Shown here: one piece after another, positions 9,584 through 17,807 of the stretch
Layout: every line of letters starts with the position of its first letter
How positions within the stretch are numbered: position 1 is the first letter of the stretch
NCBI GenBank assembly: GCA_964452145.1
Contig: CAYVLA010000034.1
Span: 1-29,469 of the forward strand
DNA length: 29,469 bases
From: Candidatus Hadarchaeota archaeon
Lineage (GTDB): Archaea > CAYQAE01 > CAYVLA01
Direction of reading: 5' to 3'
Made by a program: the position numbers and the translations under genes
Notes under the pieces: generated by a model
Database searches by the model: none
What the model was told of the DNA's origin: nothing
What the model saw: only the letters and a program-made list of their open reading frames with translations

Positions 9584-10341
9584 AGCGAGCCCCTCTCCGT
9601 CTCGAATCTCGCCGTGTTGAAGGAGACCTGCAGTCTCTGGGCGAACCTGTCGAAGATCCTGACGGTTCTGGGTCCGAGGGCGAACAGGAGTGCGGCGTTC
9701 CCGAACCCTTGCAGGATGTAGAAGGGTAAGCCGGCGAGCCAGTAGGCGATAAATCCAGTCCAGTTGAGCGCCGAGCCGACCATCAGCACCCAGAAGGTGC
9801 TCATGATCAGTCCGTATACGAAACCCCAGACAAGGCCGATTGCCGCAAGGGAGATCGCGCCCAAGCGCCTTCGGAACGGCCGGAGGCATCCGCCGAGCAG
9901 ACCCAGGGAGCCCATGCTCACCATCTGATAGATGGTCCAAGGCCCCTGACCGAGCCAGAAATTCGACACAAGCATTATCGTGGATCCGACAGTGAACCCG
10001 GTCATGGGTCCGAAAACCAATCCCGTGCAGAGCGTAAGCCAGTCAACAGGGGAGACGTTGGGAGCCGCCACAAACAGGACCCTCCCAGCAGCGCCCAGCC
10101 CCACTATCATGGAGATCAGGGCGATCTCTTTTGATCCCCCCAATCGAGTGGACTCGACCGAGAATGCCGTGGCCATCAAGAGGAAGACGAGCACCAGCGA
10201 GAAAAGTGGATCGAAGGTCGAGGGGCCCGCTAGATCCCTCAGATCAGCGAAAGGACCGGATGTGGACGCAAGGGCAAGGATGAAGACCGAGAAGGTGACC
10301 ATGCTTGCCCCGGCAAGGATTCCAGTTGTGACTCGGCTCAT
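9580..10341 (-). CDS. cbrT: ECF transporter S component, CbrT-like (predicted cobalamin/corrinoid)
   Basis: KEIALI..AAGRVLF..PNVSPV, GLVFGP..GF.VG and LVSNFWLGQGPWT.YQM are CbrT-family signatures. There are extra N-terminal TM helices. The gene is coupled to the ECF A and T genes. Confidence 0.8.
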   Translation of the reverse strand: MSRVTTGILAGASMVTFSVFILALASTSGPFADLRDLAGPSTFDPLFSLVLVFLLMATAFSVESTRLGGSKEIALISMIVGLGAAGRVLFVAAPNVSPVDWLTLCTGLVFGPMTGFTVGSTIMLVSNFWLGQGPWTIYQMVSMGSLGLLGGCLRPFRRRLGAISLAAIGLVWGFVYGLIMSTFWVLMVGSALNWTGFIAYWLAGLPFYILQGFGNAALLFALGPRTVRIFDRFAQRLQVSFNTARFETERGSL

Positions 10342-11783
10342 GGTTCCATCTCCCGCGAGAAGCGTCTTATCGCCTTCTTTGGTTCGCCTGTGTACGTTAT
10401 CGTGCCCCCGGAGAGAATGGCCACGCGATCCGAAAAGGCCTCAACTATGTCTAGGTCATGCGTCAGTAGGAGCACGGCTGTGCCCTTCTCCTCGATAAGC
10501 GAACGGGCAATCCCCATGATAGCTGCCTTCTCCGTGAGGTCCAGCCCCCTTGTCGGCTCGTCTAGGATCAACAGGTGAGGTTCATAGCTCATCACGCTGG
10601 CTATGGCCACCTTCTCTTTCTGTCCGCCGCTGAGGTCCCGGGGGTTGTCATCCCGGAATTGGACTAGGCCTAAGACTTCAAGTAGGTCGTCAAGTCCATC
10701 CATGCCCAAGCCCATGTTGGTTCTTGCGAACCCAACCTCCTCAACGACGGTGTCGTGGAAGAGATGTATGTTCGGATCCTGAAAAACTATCCCGACCATC
10801 CTGCAAAGCTCGGCCCTGGTTACGGATCGCAGCTCCCTCCCCAAAAGGCGTATCACCCCGCCATAGGGTCCCAGCAACCCTGCCATGATTCTGGCCAAGG
10901 TACTCTTGCCTGCCCCGTTGCGCGCGATTATCGAAAGCATCTCGGACCGGTTGACATGCAGATCGATTCCGTTCAGGATATCTGCCTGACCGGGGTAACC
11001 GAACCGGATCCCCCGGACCTCGATCACAGGAGTGTCTGAGGAAGGCCTTTCCTCCTTGGGCACTGGGGCGAGATGGACCAGGTGTCGGTGGCTTCTCACA
11101 AGATCCGCGGGCTCTCCGTCGACGACGATCCGCCCGGACTCCAGCACAATAGTCCTCGTTGCGTCCCTCAGCGGCCGCGAAAGCCGGTGTTCTGCGAGGA
11201 TTACGGTGTAACCCCTTCGGTGGAGGTTCTTCAGCAAACTCATCATCTGGAGCGCCGAATGCGGATCCAGCTGGGAGGTCGGCTCGTCCAAAACCAGGAC
11301 CTTGGTTCCCATCGCAACGACGGAGGCAAGAACGACCTTTTGCTTCTCGCCGCCGGATATTTCCGAAGGAGGCCGTTCCAGAATCGAGGTGAGATCGAAT
11401 GAATCGGCGAGGGCCAGGGTTGTGCGGTCGGTCTCCCTGGTGTCCCTTCCCAGGTTCTCCTGTCCGAAGTTGATCTCGCTTCTGACCGATGTCGTCACGA
11501 ACTGACTCTCGGGGTCCTGGAACATCATCCCCACCGTCTGAGATAGCCTCCCGACGTTTGACTGGCGGGTGTCGATGCCGTCCACCGTCACGGTTCCTGA
11601 CATCTCACCCCCGTAGAAGTGGGGCACAAGCCCGTTCATGCATCTTAGGAGCGTCGATTTCCCGCTGCCAGAGGGCCCGGCGATGACCAAGTAGTCGCCT
11701 TGGTTCACACGGAGATCGATCCGGTTGATTGCAGGACTTGACGTGCCACCGTACCTGAAGCTGACCCCTTGGAACTCGATCAA
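10338..11783 (-). CDS. ecfA: ECF transporter fused double ATPase (A-A')
   Basis: Two ABC domains: GPSGSGKST/FQDPE/ISGGEKQ/LDEPT and ARNGAGKST/FQDPN/LSGGQKE/LDEPTRGLD. The NGLVPHFYGG motif is typical of ECF ATPases. Start re-called to TTG 11783 (TTGA overlap with the ecfT stop). Confidence 0.92.
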   Translation of the reverse strand: MIEFQGVSFRYGGTSSPAINRIDLRVNQGDYLVIAGPSGSGKSTLLRCMNGLVPHFYGGEMSGTVTVDGIDTRQSNVGRLSQTVGMMFQDPESQFVTTSVRSEINFGQENLGRDTRETDRTTLALADSFDLTSILERPPSEISGGEKQKVVLASVVAMGTKVLVLDEPTSQLDPHSALQMMSLLKNLHRRGYTVILAEHRLSRPLRDATRTIVLESGRIVVDGEPADLVRSHRHLVHLAPVPKEERPSSDTPVIEVRGIRFGYPGQADILNGIDLHVNRSEMLSIIARNGAGKSTLARIMAGLLGPYGGVIRLLGRELRSVTRAELCRMVGIVFQDPNIHLFHDTVVEEVGFARTNMGLGMDGLDDLLEVLGLVQFRDDNPRDLSGGQKEKVAIASVMSYEPHLLILDEPTRGLDLTEKAAIMGIARSLIEEKGTAVLLLTHDLDIVEAFSDRVAILSGGTITYTGEPKKAIRRFSREMEP

Positions 11784-12673
11784 GAAGAGCTCACCCTCCG
11801 CAGCGTGGGCAACTGATAAAGGGCCAAGAAGGCTAGGGCATATGGAAGATGATTGGGCTCCGTGAATAGGACCGCCCGACCAATCCCCGCGAAGATACAC
11901 AGAGCCAGGAAGAGCGACCCGAGGAATAGGTAGTAGGCTCCCGCTAGGGATGGATGGAACGATTCGGCAATGCCTCTGCCGGGCCTGTTACGTCCCACTC
12001 CATAGCTCCTGCTCTCCAGAGCCTCCGCGAGCTGCAGACTCCTTTCAAGGCTGTTGGCAACGAGAGGGATGCCAAGGCTGGCATAGGCTCGGACCCTGTC
12101 AATCCGTCTTCCCTCATCAAACATGATGCCGCGGGATTGAAGCGAATCCTTGATGCGTGCTCCATCCAGGGCGATGGTCGGCAGGAACCTGTAGGACAGA
12201 GCAAGGAGGAGGCCGAAGGTCTCCAGACCCTTGATTCGCGAAAATCCCCGTAGAACGATCTCGGGCTTGGTAGTGAGGGTGAAGATCACGAAGACCAGCA
12301 CAAGGGAAACCAGTCTGAGGACCATCCGCAGCGAAAGCGATAGGGATTCCAAGGTAAGCTGGAAGTTGGCCCGAGTCCAGTAGAACCTGATCGTCGTTCT
12401 GAATATGACGTTATCACCGTTCTGGTTGGCGACCAGGTTGATGGCGAAGACGATCAGGGAAAACGTCAAGAACATCCTTAGAAAGGCCCAAGCCTTGGAC
12501 GAGACTCGTCCCCGGTGAGCGAGGCAGATGCACAGGGCCACGGTGGCAAGAAGGAAGATCAGATCCGAGTAGACGAGGCAAATCACGCCAAGCGACCCGA
12601 ATAGGGAAGCCTTGGCCCCGACTCCGAGCCTATGCAACGGGGATCCGAGATCCCTGTACACCAGGTCGAGCAA
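11780..12673 (-). CDS. ecfT: ECF transporter transmembrane T component
   Basis: SPLHRL..K near the N-terminus, several TM helices, RFLPT, and the two coupling motifs LQSRG and LAEALESRSY. Confidence 0.9.
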   Translation of the reverse strand: MLDLVYRDLGSPLHRLGVGAKASLFGSLGVICLVYSDLIFLLATVALCICLAHRGRVSSKAWAFLRMFLTFSLIVFAINLVANQNGDNVIFRTTIRFYWTRANFQLTLESLSLSLRMVLRLVSLVLVFVIFTLTTKPEIVLRGFSRIKGLETFGLLLALSYRFLPTIALDGARIKDSLQSRGIMFDEGRRIDRVRAYASLGIPLVANSLERSLQLAEALESRSYGVGRNRPGRGIAESFHPSLAGAYYLFLGSLFLALCIFAGIGRAVLFTEPNHLPYALAFLALYQLPTLRRVSSS

Positions 12674-13603
12674 CTACTTCACCGGAAGCTTCACGATCCC
12701 CGATGGGGTCAAGGCAAATGCGGCTGCATATCCGGATGACCGGACCTGGTTGAGTTCCTTCACTCCCTTGGCCATCCAGTCCGCGTCTGTGGCCAGGATC
12801 ATCAAGGCCCATCTGCCGTTAGCCGGGAAGTCCATGCACTGGATTGCGCAGCCCTCATCGAGTCGGGTGCGGTCCTCTCTGGAAAGGCCACGCAGCCAGA
12901 GGGTTCCATCCTCGCAAGTACACGGCCAGTATGCATTTTCCTTCCAGGACCTAATCTCTGAGAAAAATGAGCAGTCCTCCGGCGTGACAAGAACGATGAG
13001 GTTAGGGTCGAGGGCATCCTCTCTGGCTTCCGAAGGTCTTACGATCTTGACCGTTCCCGCACCCCACGAGGCCAGCGCGTCAACGAACTGCCCAGCGACC
13101 TTATCGAGCGGCGGCGGGGATACGATGGTGACGTTCCCCATTTGGCCCCCTACGCCGAAGATCAGCTTGTTGGGGTATCCGGAGAGGAAGCCGGGAGACG
13201 CGCCGTAGCCCCCCCAGTAGTGGTAGTCGACCTGAACGACCTCCCCCGGTCTGGGCCTGTAACTGGAAAGGCCCCTATCCATGTACACTCCGTTCACATA
13301 GTAGAGCCAGTCAAGCCTCTTCGATATGTCGGATTTCAAGCCTAGCATCGAGTAGACGAACATGCCTCCGTACCTGGTCTCAACGCTGGTTACGTTGCGA
13401 AGCATCTCCATTCCGGTCATGCCGACGTCAGGTTCGAATGTCCATTCCCCTAGGATTGTCTGGCCGTAGTCACGGCTGATGATCAGGTAGATGTTTGATG
13501 GGATACTGGCCCTTTGGGGAGGACCTGACAGATACGGCAGGACAAGGCCTGCCACAACGAATATGCCGAGCCCGCCAAACACCAGAGGGATCTTACTTGC
13601 CAT
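12674..13603 (-). CDS. Membrane-anchored DUF4430 (transcobalamin beta-domain-like) protein
   Basis: N-terminal TM anchor after the re-called ATG at 13603 (MASKIPLVFGGLGIFVVAGLVL). GGMFVYSMLGL..DWLYYVNGV..RGLSSY..RPGEVVQVDY matches DUF4430. About 180 further C-terminal residues are unassigned. Confidence 0.8.
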   Translation of the reverse strand: MASKIPLVFGGLGIFVVAGLVLPYLSGPPQRASIPSNIYLIISRDYGQTILGEWTFEPDVGMTGMEMLRNVTSVETRYGGMFVYSMLGLKSDISKRLDWLYYVNGVYMDRGLSSYRPRPGEVVQVDYHYWGGYGASPGFLSGYPNKLIFGVGGQMGNVTIVSPPPLDKVAGQFVDALASWGAGTVKIVRPSEAREDALDPNLIVLVTPEDCSFFSEIRSWKENAYWPCTCEDGTLWLRGLSREDRTRLDEGCAIQCMDFPANGRWALMILATDADWMAKGVKELNQVRSSGYAAAFALTPSGIVKLPVK

Positions 13604-14624
13604 TCGCGAGCCTGCCGCAGATGAGTAGGATCGGAAAGCACGCGATGATCGTGGGCTCAGCGATCCGCACGCCGGGCGTGACAACGCCTAGGATCGCAGG
13701 GATCGCCAGGGCGGTCGGCCTCAGACTGCCCCACTTGTCGTAGAACTCCCCGGTTGTAGCGTTCTGGGTTTGCAGGAGGTAATCGAAGGGGCTGCCATTG
13801 GGCACCACCCAGGGAGTGGCCGTGGGATCTCCGCTGGTGGTGATGATGGCCTGCATGGCCTGGGCGGTTGAGCTGACATCCGGAGTGGTGCCCCAGACCG
13901 ATTGGTAGAAGAAGCCCCCATTGGTCTTGTTCTGAAATGTTGGCAGCGCGGACATGGCTTTGTCCACAACGATGCCGGTCGATCCGATCCGTGCCAGTGC
14001 CATCACCACCACCGATACGGTGTTCGAGTCCTCGCCGAAGCCCGGCATGTACTCGTAGCCACCGGTGGCCAGCTGGGATTGCTCCAAGTACTGCCCCGCT
14101 GCTCGAAGCCTAGCGTCATCGGCCGAAATGCCTGCGGCCCTCAGAGCCAGGATGGCGTAGGCCGTGTCGGACGGTCCAAGGCCAAACGCTCCACTGGGAT
14201 TGTCCTGTTCAGCCAGCAGCGACTCAACGTGATCGCGGCCGCCGAACTCTCTCGGATTCAGGCCGCACGCAACCAAGCTCAGCAGAAGGTTGATCTTCTC
14301 CGATAGCGGATTGGTTCCCAGTTGGCCGGCGTAGACGGCCTCCGAGACCGACCCGAGATACTGCGCGGGTCCGACCCCATTAACCCTGTAAGATAGAGGA
14401 TTCTCACCGGCAGCGACTAGGGCCTCTAGAACCCGGCTCGTTGTAGACAGATCGCTCTCGCCGAACTGACCGAACCCGCCGTCGGGGTTTTGATGGGCCG
14501 CCACATATGACAGGGCCTTGGAGAGGATGGTATGATCGCGCGCAAGCGGAAACTGCTGGGCACAAACGTTTGAGATCAGGAGGGCATATACGACGATGAG
14601 CGGTAATGCCAGGTGTCTCGGCAT
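13593..14624 (-). CDS. Secreted prenyltransferase/squalene-cyclase-repeat (alpha/alpha barrel) surface protein
   Basis: Signal peptide and repeats QNPDGGF, QDNPSGAF..DTAYAILAL, QLATGGY..DSNTVSVVVMAL, QNKTNGGF..DVSSTAQAMQAI and QNATTGEF. Ends in a hydrophobic tail. Confidence 0.8.
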   Translation of the reverse strand: MPRHLALPLIVVYALLISNVCAQQFPLARDHTILSKALSYVAAHQNPDGGFGQFGESDLSTTSRVLEALVAAGENPLSYRVNGVGPAQYLGSVSEAVYAGQLGTNPLSEKINLLLSLVACGLNPREFGGRDHVESLLAEQDNPSGAFGLGPSDTAYAILALRAAGISADDARLRAAGQYLEQSQLATGGYEYMPGFGEDSNTVSVVVMALARIGSTGIVVDKAMSALPTFQNKTNGGFFYQSVWGTTPDVSSTAQAMQAIITTSGDPTATPWVVPNGSPFDYLLQTQNATTGEFYDKWGSLRPTALAIPAILGVVTPGVRIAEPTIIACFPILLICGRLANGK

Positions 14625-14628
14625 GCGC

Positions 14629-14655
14629 TTGGATTATCCATCCAATTAATAAATA
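14629..14655 (-). promoter_or_regulatory. Promoter of the ECF/DUF4430 operon: TATA box plus palindromic candidate operator
   Basis: Minus-strand TTTATTAA (14653-14646) begins 29 nt before ATG 14624. The inverted repeat TTGGAT-N5-ATCCAA (14629-14645) fills the gap between TATA and start. Confidence 0.6.
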
Positions 14656-14700
14656 GCACCCATTTCCTCTTCCTTACCGCCACCATCCAACCGAAGACCT

Positions 14701-15219
14701 TCATCTAGCCTTTGTGACCAAGAGGCGGAATCCTTCCCGAAAGAGCTCGTCTCTGGACCCCTCGGCAACCCCTGAAACGCCTGGGTCCGGGATCGGGTGA
14801 ATCCTCTTCAGTGCGGTCTCAAGGAGGGCATACTGCAGGGCCATGTCGTCGAGCACTTTGGGTGGGATTCGGGAGACCCCGCCCCGGGCCAGCGAGTAGT
14901 CAACCAGCTCCCTGGCAGTAGACCTTATCGTCTCCATTTCCTCCGCGTTCACCTTGGATAGGAACCCATCTGCGAAATCAGACTTCACGAGGCCATGCCT
15001 TGCAGTCGGCAGCCCGGGCCCTGGTGCTTGGACCGCCTGCTCGCCAGCCGGGGCTTCAACAGCGCGCTCCTCTGCAAAGTGAGGAGTTGGAACGGGAGCC
15101 GCCCCCCGTGCCTTTCGACCGGCGTACATCAAGCCCACCAGGGCGCGAAAAGCAACGACGGCGATGAGTATCGCGAGGCATACGATCAACAGCAGGTCGG
15201 CAAACGCGTTCGGATCCAT
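14701..15219 (-). CDS. Hypothetical protein with N-terminal TM helix and Pro/Ala-rich linker
   Basis: Hydrophobic LLLIVCLAILIAVVAF; GAGGGAGGG SD-like sequence before the ATG; TTTAAG upstream at 15260-15255. Confidence 0.65.
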   Translation of the reverse strand: MDPNAFADLLLIVCLAILIAVVAFRALVGLMYAGRKARGAAPVPTPHFAEERAVEAPAGEQAVQAPGPGLPTARHGLVKSDFADGFLSKVNAEEMETIRSTARELVDYSLARGGVSRIPPKVLDDMALQYALLETALKRIHPIPDPGVSGVAEGSRDELFREGFRLLVTKAR

Positions 15220-15355
15220 CTACAACCCTCCCTCAGTACCGAGCAGCCCAAGTTCTTAAACCTTCACGCCACCGGGAGTAGGACACTCCCTGATGTGTAA
15301 CTCTTCTATCTCGATCCGAACGAACGCCGGGCGTCTACAAGAGGCCTGAGCGCCA

Positions 15356-15589
15356 TCATTGCGTCCGCTCCGAGACCACGAACTCCAACGAGACCCCGCG
15401 ATAAACCGTTCTCTTCACCCAGGGCGCGGTGGGTCGGTCGATGTGAGCAGTCCAGTCAACCGTTGTCTTGCACTCGGGACACCGGTACAGCAGCACGATC
15501 TTGATGTGGGAGGACTCCACCGCCATCCTCTGGTCGATGTTCAGCATAACGCTGCCGCACTTCGGGCAGCTCTGCTCCTCTTCCGCCAT
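15356..15589 (-). CDS. Small CPxCG-type zinc-ribbon protein
   Basis: CPKCG ... YRCPEC in 77 aa; AGGTGG SD-like sequence upstream. Confidence 0.7.
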   Translation of the reverse strand: MAEEEQSCPKCGSVMLNIDQRMAVESSHIKIVLLYRCPECKTTVDWTAHIDRPTAPWVKRTVYRGVSLEFVVSERTQ

Positions 15590-15763
15590 TCACTACCACC
15601 TATGCCCTTGCTCCCGCTCTGAAAAAAGTTGCCTGGAAATGAAACACGCTTCTTTGAAATTAAACGAGAGAGACTCCACAAGGACGCGTTGGTACCACGC
15701 GACTCTGCCTAGCTGCATTGCATGCAGTGTCATATTTGAGGAGCGACATCGTATCATGAAGCC

Positions 15764-16990
15764 ATGCGATCGATAATTTTGATCGTCTCGTTGATCGCCT
15801 TCATGCTCATCGGTGCTGCATCGGCGAAGGAGTTGAAAAGGGATCCCGCGACCGGGTTGATCCGCATCCTCTACATCGGCGCTCCTTTCTGGGCAAGTCC
15901 GTACCAGGTGTTCAAATACGATCCTCTGCTTGTAACCACGCCGGTGGCCGGCAACCTCTACGGAATACCCGTCGAACAGGTTCAGAGGGCGATGCGCATC
16001 TACATGCCGAGAACAAGGGCCAAGATGGTCGAGACCTACGACATCATCGGCCTGGACGATACGACTCATACTGTCCACCAGACGCAGACCATCCAGTGGA
16101 TGAGGGACGGATGCATCGAGGATGGCCTTGGGCTTTTCATGGCAGGCGGATTCGAATCCTTTGGAGGAGGGGCTGGCTTCCCGTCCTGGGGCGACACGGT
16201 TCTTGACGATGTCATGCCTGTCCAGTGCACGGGGAGCTATGGACCCGACGGCAAGAACGTCATCACAGAGCCGGAGGACGAGTTTATGAAGAGCATTCCC
16301 TGGGACGGGTACGAGAAGCATGACGTCTTCGGGGGCTACAACGTTGTTTTGCTGAGGGATGGTGCCCGCGAGCTTTCCAGGATGATTCGTCTCGGCCCGG
16401 GCGGTGGCGGGCCTGACCCCGGATGGGTCTGGTGGGATGTAGGCAAAGGGCGATTCTTTGCCTCGGCCCCTGGTTTTAGGGGCGGCTCGGCCGGAAAGGG
16501 GTTCATCCTGTGGAAGCACTACGGGGACTTCGTGTGCAACATGGTCTACTTTCTTGCAGGCCTAACCCCTCCCTCCGATATCAACATGCTCTATGCCACT
16601 CGCTTGAGGCTCCGGGAGGTGTATGACTCCAGACAGATGATACTTGGGACGATAGACTTCATCAGCAGGTTCGGGGCGGATACCAGGAAGGTTGACGAGA
16701 AGCTCATCCAGGCAGAGGCCGAGCTCAGGGAGGCGAAGACGTACTTCGTGAATCTTGATCTGGTGAGAAGCAAGGAGTCCGCAGACAGGGCATTTGCCAC
16801 GCTTGAGGAGGCCTACAAGCTCGCATTTGAAGCAAGGGACGCCGCCTTGTTCTGGATCTTCTTGACTGAGTGGCTCGTCGTCACCGCTGCCGGACTTGTG
16901 TGCGGCTCGGTGGTGTGGGCCCTCATGATCAAGAGGAAGCTCTACCGAGAGGTAAGCGTTACCAGGGGAGGAAGGACGGATGGCAGATAG
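15764..16990 (+). CDS. Secreted GATase1-like (DUF1355-like) protein with C-terminal TM + LYREV tail, paralog 1
   Basis: Signal peptide, DPATGLIRILYIG, MRIYMPR, GLGLFMAGGFESFGG, WDVGKGR, a helical stalk, and ALFWIFLTEW...RKLYREVSVTR. Clearly paralogous to the ORFs at 20178 and 25425. Confidence 0.8.
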   Translation: MRSIILIVSLIAFMLIGAASAKELKRDPATGLIRILYIGAPFWASPYQVFKYDPLLVTTPVAGNLYGIPVEQVQRAMRIYMPRTRAKMVETYDIIGLDDTTHTVHQTQTIQWMRDGCIEDGLGLFMAGGFESFGGGAGFPSWGDTVLDDVMPVQCTGSYGPDGKNVITEPEDEFMKSIPWDGYEKHDVFGGYNVVLLRDGARELSRMIRLGPGGGGPDPGWVWWDVGKGRFFASAPGFRGGSAGKGFILWKHYGDFVCNMVYFLAGLTPPSDINMLYATRLRLREVYDSRQMILGTIDFISRFGADTRKVDEKLIQAEAELREAKTYFVNLDLVRSKESADRAFATLEEAYKLAFEARDAALFWIFLTEWLVVTAAGLVCGSVVWALMIKRKLYREVSVTRGGRTDGR

Positions 16991-17807
16991 GCGGCTCATC
17001 GGATTTGTGGCCACCATTCTCGTGGTTACGACGCTCGTCACCGCCTTGATGTTCCAGATCAGGGAGGAGGAGGCCGTTCGGTTTCTGGCCGTGAGAACTC
17101 CGAGCGACATTCCCGGAGGCGTTCCAGGCTCGCCCTCCTACTCCTTCGACATCCTCGCGGCCAAGGAGACTCCCGATCTCGTGATCCGAAGCTATTTCCT
17201 GTTCAAGCTTGTGGAACCCGTGCTTGACAAGCGTTGGAACGAAACCTCGGGAAGGGAGATGGATGATCTCATCGCCAACTACCCTCGCCTCAGGGAGACC
17301 AGACAGCAGCTCGAAGCCCTCGCGGAGCAAGCAGGCATCGGATCAGCATACTCCATCTACGAGGTTGGGGAGGGCAGGAAGCTGAAGGTGCTGGATTTCA
17401 CCGACGCCATTGAGGCGATCTCGGGGCGGACAGCCCTTCTCACTACCTATACCATCTACGCCTTCGAGGTCGACCAGCACGGAAACGTCTCTATCTACGC
17501 TGGCTATCGGGACTTCTTCTTCGACCGGAACCGGTTGATCGCTCAGATCAGGTACTCGACACCATCCGAATCCCGGTGCTTCGTCGGAAAGGAAGCCGTG
17601 GGAGTCCAAGGCTGTGGCTCCGTGAACGACATCCCGATTGGGATCCTGCACTTCAGTGACCTGGCCTCCGGGCAGAAGTGCCACGTTGAGGTAACACTGA
17701 ACACCATGTACATGTTCGGCCACCGGGGCCTTGTGAGGATAGTGAGGACGGAAACCGGCCATGGCCCTGGGCCAACGCTCGTCGACTGGATCGGAGCCCG
17801 GTCCTGA
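16980..17807 (+). CDS. Hypothetical N-terminally anchored membrane protein
   Basis: RRLIGFVATILVVTTLVTALMF TM helix; overlaps the paralog 1 stop by 11 nt. No family recognised. Confidence 0.7.
   Translation: MADRRLIGFVATILVVTTLVTALMFQIREEEAVRFLAVRTPSDIPGGVPGSPSYSFDILAAKETPDLVIRSYFLFKLVEPVLDKRWNETSGREMDDLIANYPRLRETRQQLEALAEQAGIGSAYSIYEVGEGRKLKVLDFTDAIEAISGRTALLTTYTIYAFEVDQHGNVSIYAGYRDFFFDRNRLIAQIRYSTPSESRCFVGKEAVGVQGCGSVNDIPIGILHFSDLASGQKCHVEVTLNTMYMFGHRGLVRIVRTETGHGPGPTLVDWIGARS

Noticed and set aside
9584..9940. Long N-terminal extension of the DUF4443 ORF (likewise 11784-11900, 13604-13684 and 25320-25424)
   Set aside because: These extensions overlap upstream genes or promoter regions. 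Coupled or signal-peptide-consistent starts fit better.
13593..14624. Squalene-hopene cyclase or protein prenyltransferase enzyme
   Set aside because: Single barrel with a signal peptide, no DXDD motif, and a transporter-operon context.
15593..16519. Long antisense ORFs (also 2648-3268, 4570-5265, 6334-7128, 18651-19271, 24304-25146, 25854-26669, 27634-28317)
   Set aside because: Shadow or alternate-frame ORFs of well-supported genes in GC-rich DNA, with no recognisable motifs.
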